A DNA stretch of 62,849 nucleotides, the filler included, from Octopus bimaculoides (Eukaryota), in NCBI RefSeq assembly GCF_001194135.2. It is 4 parts of 4 records of this genome, joined end to end, with 100 filler letters (N's around TTAATTAATTAA, not from the genome) between each part and the next. Parts side by side here need not be neighbours in the genome. Positions count along the whole stretch, not along the records: positions 1 to 15,278 come from NC_068995.1; 3 more parts are not named here. The stretch is one strand, 5' to 3'. The notes under the pieces were generated by a model. It saw only the letters and a list, made by a program, of their open reading frames with translations, made no database searches and was not told the DNA's origin. The translations under genes were made by a program, and so were the position numbers. Positions 1-11,447 of this stretch are shown here, in pieces (the first letter of the stretch is position 1; each line of letters begins with the position of its first letter).

Positions 1-50
<50 letters not shown>
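1..50. repeat. (TC)n microsatellite; representative of dozens of (TA)n, (CA)n, (GA)n, (TACA)n, (TAG)n, (TGG)n and (AAT)n tracts across the window
   Basis: Directly visible. Such tracts border most N gaps. Confidence 0.98.
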
Positions 51-55
<5 letters not shown>

Positions 56-493
56 TCTACCCCCCTCCCCTATCTCTTTTCTCTGGAAGAGATCAGCCAT
101 GCTCAGACTTGGAAAGGGCTCAGTTTGAAATGCCAAAGAATGCCGTATGTCGGGACGGGACCTCTGCTACTCTCCTAGAAGTTGAGGGTCCAAAGAAGAA
201 TCAAAACACACCTCCTGAATAAAAGACAGTTGGAATGTCTTTGGTTACATGTTTGCTGGATCTGGTCTGCTCTGGAACTAAACAACAACAAAAACAACTG
301 AATAACTAAAGTGTATTGCGATACTAATTAAGAGACTGCACTAATGAAGACAATACTAATGAATACACTAACGAAGAAGTGAGACAGTACTAATGAACAC
401 TACACTGATTAAGCACAAGAAGAGTGTAACTGAAGACGCCGACTGAAGAACGAGATTCTCGTGTGATTTCCGATCAGTTATATTGCTTCACTG

Positions 494-878
494 TTGGAGG
501 CGCAATGGCCCAGTGGTTAGGGCAGCGGACTCGCGGTCGTAGGATCGCGGTTTTGATTCCCAGACCGGGCATTGTGAGTGTTTATTGAGCGAAAACCCCT
601 AAAGCTCCACAAGGCTCCGGTAGGGGATGGTGGTGAACCCTGCTGTACTCTTCCACCACAACTTTCTCTCACTCTTTCTTCCTGTTTCTGTTGTACTTGT
701 ATTTCAAAGGGACCAGCCTTGTCACACTATGTCACGCTGAATCTCCCCGAGAACTACGTTAAGGGTACACGTGTCTGTGGAGTGCTCAGCCACTTGCACG
801 TTAATCTCACGAGCAGGCTGTTCCGTTGATCGGATCAAATGGAACCCTCGTCGTCGTAACCGACGGACTGCCAACCAC
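494..878 (+). mobile_element. tRNA(Arg)-derived SINE, family A (resembles octopus OR-type SINEs), full length
   Basis: Head TGGAGGCGCAATGGCCCAGTGGTTAG has an A box, a TCG anticodon loop and a B-box-like GGTTTTGATTCCC. A 14-bp target-site duplication ATATTGCTTCACTG lies at 480-493 and 879-892. Further copies at 19719 and 20904. Confidence 0.93.
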
Positions 879-1678
879 ATATTGCTTCACTGACAAATAT
901 AATGGTGGACAAAGTTAGATGAGGCAAGAACAGCTTTGAATTTTTTTCGTTTTCCTTCGGCTTTTTAGTTGTCCTGGCAGGGGTGGCGATATTTTATATC
1001 ATGTATTGTATCTCCAGAGAAGTCGATTTCAGCTAAATTCAATACCAACAGTTTTAAGCAATGTTTTGTGAAGAAACACGGAAGCACGAGTGACGTGAGA
1101 ATCCCTAAAGAAAGAACTGCCACAACCTGAATCATTTCATTTAACTCTAACGGTTTCCTCGACAGGCGCCAACAATTATATTTACAAGGTCATCTTAAAT
1201 CATTAACAGTAACTTGAGGTCCTGAACACCGTGGTGTGTAATAGACGGACAACAATAACTCTTCTAGCTGTGAATATTATGGATCGACATACTCCACACA
1301 AAAGCCATTAATAGTCAAGAACTGTCCACTAGAAATTCAATTGTTAACCCAGACTAGAGACATCATGTAGCGCCGAGAATAGTTTTCGTTTTATCCACAA
1401 TATTAAAGATGGATGGAGATTAACAAAAACTAAAACAAATGCCAAAATCTGTTAATATCCCCAGTACATTCACCAGTTGTCTTTGACACTGAATTAACGG
1501 AAATTTCAACACTGCCTCGAGCTGTGTTCATTGTCGTCTGCTATTGGATAACGGCCATCCAACGCATTAAAACCTTATCAAACAGATTTGGTTATGAGAT
1601 GGAGATATATGATCGATAATGTAGGTGGATAGATGATGGAGTCGGGGAGCATATATATATGTTCACATGTGTGTGTGC

Positions 1679-1715
<37 letters not shown>

Positions 1716-3873
1716 TATATACGTGTGCGTGTGTGTTTGTATATATGTATGTATGCACGCATATACACTCAAGACACATTAATGGCGTTCACTTTCAACA
1801 ATGGACAGACGTGTGTACATTAAAACTGTCATAAATGATCGATACATTTCTTTCACTGTCTAATATATTCTTACTAAAACGGAGCAGATAAATCAGTTTA
1901 GACTGTTGTCTTGACTTACAAATAACATTCCAACTGTCTGCATAACATTTCAAACTGCACTCACTCACTCACTTTTCATCTCACTCTCCCGCTCACTCTC
2001 ACTCATTCCCTTGCCCACTTACTCGCTCAATCACTCTCTCTCTCCCTCCCTCACTCACTCCCCCCCTCTCTCTCTCTCTCCTTCTCTCACGTCTTCATTC
2101 CCTTCCTCATTCCATCCCTCCCTCTGTCTCTCCATCCCCTCCCTTCCATTAAATTAACCCTAACCCTCCATTAAACTCACATTTTCAAATATAAAACCTT
2201 ATGATTTCTTTGTTGTTTGTTTACTCGGACCACATCTTATTATATACACCATATTATATATATTAAACTTTACACGGCAGACGGTATATACCACTATATG
2301 CATTACTATATACACACCGTACAGAAATCACAATATACACACTACATTGTGCACACCACATCCTACACACTGTTCTATACACGTCACATTATACACATTA
2401 CTCTCTGTAGACCATGTTGTACGCATTTCCTTGAACAATGGTACTGGCAGTTGTGATACAGGCGGTGGTAGTGGCCGTGGTAATGGCCGCGGTGGTGGCG
2501 GCGGCAGCGGCGATGATGATGGTACTAGTTGTGATGGCAGTGTTGTTGTTGTTGTTGTTGTTGTGGTGGTGGTGGTGGTGGTAGTGGTGGTGGTGGTGGT
2601 GGCGATGAAGGAGGTGGTGGGTTTATGGTGGTGTTGGCAGTGATTGTGTTGATGGTGGAGTCGGTAGTGGTGGTGGCGATGAGGGTGGTGGTAGCAGTAG
2701 TATGTGTTATTGTTATTGTTATTGTTGTTTGCAGCGGTGGTGGTGATGGTAGGAGGGGGGGGGCTGATGTGTTTGGGAGGGCAGTGACTTTGATAAGGTA
2801 TACGATTTCTGTCTGCACAATTTATTCATAGCCACAAGTGTTGGTCATTTCGTTACAAACGCGCGGGCACACCCCCATACATACACAAACACACAGCCAC
2901 ACGGCGACACACACATATATACACGCACACTTAAACATACACAAACACACATACACTAATACACACACACACACAAACATGCACACATTGCAATAGGTGA
3001 GAGACTTGTATAACGAGAATAGCTAGAGTGACGTTAGTTTTTCAAATGATGTAGAAGATCTTCCGTCAGTGACGACGATGAGCAGTCATTCGATTGATTG
3101 CATTTCTTCTCGCGAAATTAACTAGTAAGTAGCTGAGTATTCCGCAGGCACGCAGTCTCCTTAACTCAATTCTATAGCAGAATCAACGAGATGTGAAAAG
3201 GATGGATTTGTGTATTACAGGTGAGAGGAAGAGAGCGAGAGGGAGAGAGGGGAAAAGAGGCGGGAAGACAGAGAAGGAGAGAGAAAAAGGCAGATAAAGA
3301 GGGCAGGAAGAGAAAAAGAGGAAGGGACACAAAAGGGAGCGGAAAGAGAGAGAGACGGAGAGAGAAGAAAGGAGAGGGTGAAGCGGAAAGAGAGAGGGAG
3401 AGAGAAGAGTGGAAGAGAGAACGGGGGGAGAAAGAGAGTCATGGAAGGACAGAGAGGGAGGAGAGAAAAATCTTCACCCCTAAAGCATGAAAGGGTAAAT
3501 CGATGTTGACGGGATGAAAACTGGAATTATGGAAATATATAAGAGATTTGCAATTGTGGCATCATATAAAGAGATGAGGAATAGTATTCTTATATAGAAG
3601 GGGTTAGAGTTAGGGTTATATAAACTGGGGGGATTCTGAGTAATACAGTGGAGTGAGGTTGTAGTTGTATTGAGAGATGGAGGAATTTTATTGTTATTTA
3701 GGAAGTAGGAAATTAGAGTTATACAGAGATGATGGGCTAGAGTTGTGTAGAAGGGTAGGAGACTGTAGTGTTATATAGAGAGGTAGGGTACTTGTGTTAA
3801 ACAAAGAGATGGGGAAATTTTGTGTAATATAAACAGGTCGGCACTGGTTTGTTAAATGGTGAAGTAGAAGACT

Positions 3874-3996
3874 GAGAACAACGTTAAGGGTACGCGTGTC
3901 TGTGAAGTGCTCAGTCACTTGCATGTGAACTTCACGAGCAAGCTGTTCCGTGGATCGGATCAACTAGAACACACGTCGTCGTAACCGACGGACTAC
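3874..3996 (+). mobile_element. 5'-truncated 3' tail shared by SINE families A and B (or their partner LINE)
   Basis: Aligns by eye to 752-873 (GAGAAC.ACGTTAAGGGTAC...GTCGTCGTAACCGACGGA). Confidence 0.85.
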
Positions 3997-4743
3997 CGAT
4001 ATATATTGAAAATACTAGCACGCATGTTCACGAATCTTTGGAAGTATTTTGACTCAGATAAAACAACTCATTTGTTCAAAATTACATATTTCTGAAAAAA
4101 TGCTCAGCAAATATTTCAAATTTTCTCGAGCGAAAGTAGAAAATATATAACCAGCGTATATGCACATACATAATGCACATACACACACATGCATACAACA
4201 CATACATACATACATCTACATATCACAATAATGCGAAATGACAGCTAGACTTCATTATTTGTTTTAAGTAACGTTAGAAAAAGAGAGGGGGCGATAGAGA
4301 GAGAAAAAGAGAGACACACAGACAGAGACGGAGACAGAGAAGGGGAGGGGAGAGTGATCCAGCAGTCTATCTGTTTTCAACAATAGATCGTTTGTCGGGG
4401 CAAAAAATAAAAGTGGAGACATCATCTGTGAAAGATGGCTGTCAAATATGATGGAAACAAGCATTTCACAAGAAAAAAAAAGAAATGAATTGTTTCCAAA
4501 CGTTAAGTGCAAACTATGTTGTGTGGTGAAGTATTTCACTGCAGTCAATTGTATTAGGAGCAGGAGAGCTTAACTACAACAGTATAATTGTACAACAACA
4601 AGAGCAGAGTTACACTAGAATAGAGCTATTGGTGTGTATGTGTGTATTTATGTATGTGTGTATATAAATGTGTATCTATATGTTTAATCGTCACTAAGTG
4701 TGACTAAGGGTGCTGAAGCACCTACATTGCTAGAAATAAGAGC

Positions 4744-4869
4744 TTTGCCGAACCGCTAAGTTACGGGGACGTAAACACACCAGCATCGGTTGTCAAGCGA
4801 TGTTGGGGGGGACAAACACAGACACACAAACATATACACACACATACATACATACATACATACATAACA

Positions 4870-4905
<36 letters not shown>

Positions 4906-4925
4906 TATATATATNNNNNNNNNNA

Positions 4926-4984
<59 letters not shown>

Positions 4985-5147
4985 TGGGCTTCTTTCAGTT
5001 TCCGTCTACCAAATCCACTCACAAGGTTTTGGTCAACCCGAGACTACAGTAGAAGACACTTGCCCAAGGTGCCACGCAGTGGGACTGAACCCGGGACCAT
5101 GTGGTTCGTAAGCAAGCTGCTTACCACACAGCCACTCCTACGCCTAT
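4744..5147 (-). mobile_element. tRNA-derived SINE, family C (resembles octopus OK-type), with an internal (TA/TACA)n microsatellite
   Basis: Minus strand reads ATAGGCGTAGGAGTGGCTGTGTGGTAAG...GGTTCAGTCCCACTGCGTGGCACCTTGGGCAAG. The same element recurs at 7014, 24021, 30787, 47955 and 49205. Confidence 0.9.
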
Positions 5148-6539
5148 ATATAAAATTTTCCAATGTCTTTTTTTTTTTAATATATTCCAAATTAATCTTT
5201 TTATTAGCGTTCTTTGTTTTTCAGATATTCGTATCTGTCACTTATAGTTTGTTTGAAATAATAAAGTTCCAATATTTAATTTCATCAACGTTTCCAAGCT
5301 ATCTCACCCACGTCTTCGGGATACTGAGTTCTGCTGGCTTGTGTGCCGCTCCATTTTACATAAGGTGAATTTTGTTTATGCAGCCTATATTCATTTATTT
5401 ATGTTTATTTATTTATTTATTTTTGCAAGTTTAATCGTCAGAATTTTACCATTTGAACCGTTTGAGATTGGTATTTTACCCGTTAGAGTCTCACGTCATC
5501 GCATTTTTTTTATATGGCTTTCAGAGTTACACGCCATCAGTGACGTGCGTCATGTTGTCTTTTGTGCCAATTGTAGCCTGGTGTTGCGGCATAAATATTA
5601 GTTCCACAATCAGCCGTCCATTTCTATGTTAATATTTTTCTAAGTAGCTTTGTTTTACGGTGGCTGATGCAGGTGGGGTCCTATTGTTCCTTGTTGTAAA
5701 AGCATGGCATGTGTATGAGAGTGTGTTGTACTCCTCTGGCCAATTTAACAGTTACAGTCGTGAAGTTTACCACTTTCATTTTTATAGAGCTATCATACAT
5801 ACAAATACATACGTATTTATGTGTGTGCGTGTATGTATGTGAGTATGTATGCATTTATGCGTGTATGTACGTATGTATGTGTATATGTATGTTCATGTGT
5901 ATGTGTATGTGTGCTTGTTATATCTTTGTCAATAATCACCTACTTTTCTTTCTCTTCCTTTCTTCTTTTCTTCTTTTCCCTTCTCCTCTACTCAAAGTAA
6001 TTCACATTAATTAGACACACGCACACACACACACACACACTCTCAATCTCTCACTCTCTCTCTCTCTCACACACACACACTCACACACACACACACTCAT
6101 ACACACACACACACTCACACACAAGACTTCTTTAATCAACGGTTCTTTATTCCATTTAAACTCGTCACTAATGACTTAATCACAGAATTAAAAAGATCTT
6201 CCAAAGCTATTTTCAATCTCATTCTAATTTAACCGCCTAGCATTTTGATTCTTCAGAGAATAGTAATTAATGGAAGAACGAGCCTAGAAGATTCTCATTT
6301 AAAACTTGATTCTGCACTTAAGAGCCTATTCTATTTAACTGATGACGATTTCATCAAACACTACGAGCTATAACATAAGGATCTGTCAGAGACCCAGAGT
6401 CTCGCCTTATGTCTATCATTTAAATGCTGGTTTGTATCACAGCATGCAAGAAATATGCAGGAGGGTTTTGTGTATTCTAGAGACATATGGGAAGGCCCAA
6501 TGCAGTGTAGATATATAAGGAAAGATCTCGTTTAGTGTG

Positions 6540-6815
6540 TGAAGGCGCGTAATCGAAAGGTAAGGGTGTTATGAGCGCAAGATCATGGTATCCATTCCAG
6601 GACGGAGCAATACGTTGTATTTTTGAACAAAATATTTCGTTTTACGTCGCTCCAGTCCAGCTGCAAATGAGTTCCAGCAATAGTCAGGAAGTTGACCCTA
6701 TGACGAGCTGGCGTCTTGGTCAGGGGGAATGTTGTGACCTCGGTCACTTAGATGTAATGGAAACTGAGTTAAGCTCTGACCTGAATATGTCCTAGGGCTC
6801 AAGAGAAAACTACCA
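6540..6815 (+). mobile_element. Old, diverged SINE, family B-like
   Basis: TGAAGGCGCG head and degenerate TTGTATTTTTGAACAAAATATTTCGTTTTACGTCGCTCCAGTCC core, resembling 8571-8851 and 59600-59921. Confidence 0.55.
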
Positions 6816-6905
6816 CTAGCAGTCATGTGTATAAATGCAATAGAATCTCTAGTGTAGTGTGTGTATATATGTATGTATATATATATATGTATGTATGTAT
6901 ATATG

Positions 6906-6942
<37 letters not shown>

Positions 6943-7013
6943 ATGTGGTATACACACACACACACACACACACGACAGCCTTGTTTTTTTTTTTATTAAA
7001 TCCATTTTTTATT

Positions 7014-7151
7014 AAATCCATTCACAAGGCTTTGGTTGATCCGGGGCTATAGTACAAGACTCTTGCTCAAGGTGTCACGCAGTGGTACTGAACCCGCGAC
7101 CATGTGACTGGCAAGCAAACTTCTTACCACCTATCCTTTGCCTGCGTCTAT
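7014..7151 (-). mobile_element. SINE family C, 5' part only
   Basis: Matches 5010-5147. Confidence 0.85.
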
Positions 7152-7622
7152 TTCTTTAAATAATTAAATAACACCAATTTGCAGGGCAAAACCAAATTCT
7201 CTCCTGTTTACAAATCATGCGAGTTTTGTCTTCTTTCCGCTGCGCCGTCGACGTTGTCGTTGGTGGTAGCGGCGGCGTTGGTGAAGACAACGACGTTGGT
7301 GGAGGCATCATGGACTTGGTCACGTGCCATGCCGGCAATTGTGTTCGTCGTCGTCGTCGTCGTCGAAGCAGTCAGTCAACATGTTGAATGCGCTGCAGTA
7401 CAAAAGTGACACTTGCAGTTATCGATCTAATCTGCCTTATCGATCTGCAAGTAAATAGCGAAAGTAATGAATACTTAAACGAAAACAATGGTCAGGTAGT
7501 TGACAATTAGTTATGACAGTAATGAAAGAAAAAATATGACAGCTGTTTATGATACAGGTCCTGGTAATAAGCATTGATTTTGGGCGTCAATATATTGTTA
7601 TTGCTGCCGTTGTAGTAGTAGC

Positions 7623-7661
<39 letters not shown>

Positions 7662-8570
7662 TATTGTTGCTTGAACCTCTAAGTTAACTTCGATCGATCA
7701 GACCAAGAGGCGAAAATTGGTTTTGGTTAACTATGAGTACACCCACAGTAGTGAAGGCAGCGGCGGCGGCGGCGGCTGAGGTAGTGGTGGTGGTGGTGGT
7801 GGTGGTGGTGGTGGTGCTGCTGCTGCTGCTGCTGCTNNNNNNNNNNNNNNNNNNNNNNNNNNNNNNNNNNNNNNNNNNNNNNNNNNNNNNNNNNNNNNNN
7901 NNNNNNNNNNNNNNNNNNNNNNNNNNNNNNNNNNNNNNNNNNNNNNNNNNNNNNNNNNNNNNNNNNNNNNNNNNNNNNNNNNNNNNNNNNNNNNNNNNNN
8001 NNNNNNNNNNNNNNNNNNNNNNNNNNNNNNNNNNNNNNNNNNNNNNNNNNNNNNNNNNNNNNNNNNNNNNNNNNNNNNNNNNNNNNNNNNNNNNNNNNNN
8101 NNNNNNNNNNNNNNNNNNNNNNNNNNNNNNNNNNNNNNNNNNNNNNNNNNNNNNNNNNNNNNNNNNNNNNNNNNNNNNNNNNNNNNNNNNNNNNNNNNNN
8201 NNNNNNNNNNNNNNNNNNNNNNNNNNNNNNNNNNNNNNNNNNNNNNNNNNNNNNNNNNNNNNNNNNNNNNNNNNNNNNNNNNNNNNNNNNNNNNNNNNNN
8301 NNNNNNNNNNNNNNNNNNNNNNNNNNNNNNNNNNNNNNNNNNNNNNNNNNNNNNNNNNNNNNNNNNNNNNNNNNNNNNNNNNNNNNNNNNNNNNNNNNNN
8401 NNNNNNNNNNNNNNNNNNNNNNNNNNNNNNNNNNNNNNNNNNNNNNNNNNNNNNNNNNNNNNNNNNNNNNNNNNNNNNNNNNNNNNNNNNNNNNNNNNNN
8501 NNNNNNNNNNNNNNNNNNNNNNNNNNNNNNNNNNNNNNNNNNNNNNNNNNNNNNNNNNNNNNNNNNNNNA

Positions 8571-8851
8571 TCAAAGGAATAACCTGCTCGTGAAACTAAC
8601 GTGCAAATAGCCTGAGTACTCCACAGACACGCGTACCCTCTTAGCCTAGTCCTCGGGGAGATTCAGTGTGACACAGAATGTGACAAGGCTGGCCCTTTGA
8701 ATTACAGGTACTACTCATTTTTGCCAGCTGTGTAGACTGTGTAGACTGAAATAAAGCGTCTTGCTCAAGGATACAATGCGCCGCCGATAATCGAACCCAC
8801 GACCTTACGACCGTGCACCTAATACTCTAGCCACTAAGCCACGCGCCTTCA
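8571..8851 (-). mobile_element. tRNA-derived SINE, family B (same 3' tail as family A); 3' end runs into a gap
   Basis: Minus strand reads TGAAGGCGCGTGGCTTAGTGGCTAG...GGGTTCGATT...TCCTTGAGCAAGAC, then the tail shared with family A. Confidence 0.88.
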
Positions 8852-8984
8852 AGCTGAGTAGGGTGAGGATAAGGAACAATGTAGCACTATAAGTATAACA
8901 CTATTTGATGAGCAACTGTATATATATATATAGCAATACATGAAGCGTGTAAGCAGCAGTGTAGGGCAAATGTGAGAAGAATGA

Positions 8985-9122
8985 GAGGAAATCGATTAAA
9001 TCAACCCCAGTGCTTAACTGGTGTTGATATAAAGGATTTAATGCGAAACTGATCTTGACGGCATTCGAACTCAGAACCCCGAAGACGTAACTACACACCT
9101 CTACCGCTATCTATCCGCCGCC
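8985..9122 (-). mobile_element. Degenerate SINE family D
   Basis: TCGATTAAATCAACCCCAGTGCTTAACTGGT...GAACTCAGAAC...CCGCC resembles 25131-25337. Confidence 0.6.
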
Positions 9123-9323
9123 ACTTTTACCAATTCGGTCATTTCCTGCTGCGCGCAATTAAAAGCATAATTGTAGGTTTGTAGAGGCAAGTTCTTGAAG
9201 CATTTAAGCTCTACCTAGATGTCACTCAGCAGGGTTTTAGTTTACATGAACGGTTTGTTACGTCAGGGATTTACACATTTATTCATTGCACATCCCCCAA
9301 TAATTCTCTTTTCTTTCTTTCTT

Positions 9324-9359
<36 letters not shown>

Positions 9360-9524
9360 CTTTGCATGTTTTCCTCACAGAAATATATTTAAAATATTGT
9401 TACAGCTGCTGGTCCGGATTATTTTCGTCAAATTGCTCTACAGTAAATAATACAGAGACTGCGACATGACATGAAAATAAATGAAAATTAACATTATGAA
9501 TAACAACTAACAGCATAAAGGAAA

Positions 9525-10700
9525 AAAAAATTAACGCCGTTAATAACAAACTAACTTCATAAATAACAAATTAACGTTATAAATAACTAACTAACGTCAT
9601 AAATAATAAACTAACGTAAAAAAAACTACCGTAGTAAATTACTAACTAACGTCATAAATAACAAACATCGTAACTAACAAACTGACGTCATAAATAACAA
9701 ACTAATGTTATAATTAACACGCTAACGTTATCTATATTAATAAAAGCGAAATTCTGCCTGTCCATCTGGGACCCTTGTTTCTCAGATTACATTTGCTCTA
9801 CATAGACCTATTATACCTTTTTGGCATCAGGATGATCCAGGGATTGAAAATCTATCCTTCATTTAGTTCCTGAACATCCAGCATTGGGATCTGATTTAAA
9901 AGCAGGTAAAGCTTGGCTGATTCACGCCATTTTGGTGGCGTTTGACCGATGACGTCAAAGATCAAGGGGGAGATAAATGATATTTGCTTCGTTACTTTTA
10001 CGTCGAGATTAAAACTTTGGGACAAATTGGCCAACAGTTGGAATTCAACTTGGGACTGGAACAATTGAATGCTTGCATTACAGAATTAATTCTCGTCCGT
10101 CCTTAACCTCTTATCAAACACCACCGCGGCATATAGTCATCATAGATGTATTATAGTCATGCTATTTAGCTCTCTTTAGTTTTGGGCCATAGGCCCATTT
10201 AGCCCTCCGCAGGAGCTAGCTTCAAAGTCCGAAAAGAGTGCGGCTTTTAAGCCAGTAAATAATAAACTAACTTCATAAATAGCAAACTAATGTCATAAAT
10301 AACAAACTAACGTCATAAATGAAATAACATCATAAATAAACTAACGTCATAAATCACAAACATCATAAATAAACTAATGTCATAAATAACAAACATCGTA
10401 ACTAACAAACTCATGTCGTAAATAACAAGCTAACATCAAAAATAATAAACCAAAGTCATAAATAACAAACTAAAGTCATAAATAAACTTGTGTCATAAAT
10501 AGCAAATGTCATAACTAGCATAACAAACTTACGTCAGAAATTAAAAAGCGCTATTAATAACATACTAACGTCATAAATAATAAGCTGACCTCATAAACAA
10601 CAAACTAGTGTCATAAATAATAAGCACCAGTTTGGAATTTATGACGTTGTTTTGTTATTTAATGATATACAAATGTCATAAATAACAAACTAAGGAGATA
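9525..10700. repeat. About 20-bp AT-rich minisatellite (consensus near CTAACGTCATAAATAACAAA), split by an insertion at 9731-10255
   Basis: Dozens of degenerate units are visible at 9525-9730 and 10256-10700. Confidence 0.92.
9731..10255 (+). mobile_element. Non-autonomous Helitron-like element (525 bp)
   Basis: Starts A|TCTATATTAATAAAAG and ends with an imperfect hairpin AAAAG-AGTGCGG-CTTTT followed by CCAG|T. There is no TSD, and removing the element restores a minisatellite unit. Confidence 0.75.
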
Positions 10701-11230
10701 AATAACACAAAAAACACCATAAATAACAAACAATTATTCATAGTAGATAAAAATGAGAAAAAAACAGATATTACGAAATAAAAAGAAGTAAAAACATAAT
10801 AAAAAATGAAAAACCATTGCCAAAATTAAAGTTAGAAGCCTAGAATTCCCAAAGCCAGATGATAACATGTTTATATGTCTCTGTCAACACAGTTTTCTAG
10901 AAATTTTATGGTTATGTTAACGATATTAAGGATTCTTTTGCCAAAGAAAAAAAGATTTAGTTTTCCTGCCCCCTTTTCCACTCCATCTCTATAAACCTCG
11001 TTTAATTCTCGCGTCAGCTGTTACACAAATTCCTTTAGGAAATATGAAATCTGCCCCCCACACGTCCCTTCCAGCCACAAAACAAAAATGAAAAAAAAGA
11101 TGGTAATTCCACTCCAGAAAGACCTGGAATAATTTCCACATAACTCTTTTGTCATCGTTTACCATTAGAAGAAGAACACTTGGTACTTGACAGCGAAACA
11201 ATGGTTGTTACAATTGTTGTTGTTGTTACT

Positions 11231-11262
<32 letters not shown>

Positions 11263-11400
11263 NNNNNNNNNNNNNNNNNNNNNNNNNNNNNNNNNNNNNN
11301 NNNNNNNNNNNNNNNNNNNNNNNNNNNNNNNNNNNNNNNNNNNNNNNNNNNNNNNNNNNNNNNNNNNNNNNNNNNNNNNNNNNNNNNNNNNNNNNNNNNN

Positions 11401-11447
<47 letters not shown>

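Noticed and set aside
3598-3620. Telomere-like GGGTTAGAGTTAGGGTT (and TAACCCTAACCC near 2155)
   Set aside because: Only 2-3 imperfect units, which is expected by chance in low-complexity DNA.
9525-10700. CRISPR-like array
   Set aside because: The units are contiguous and degenerate with no unique spacers, the context is eukaryotic, and there are no cas genes.
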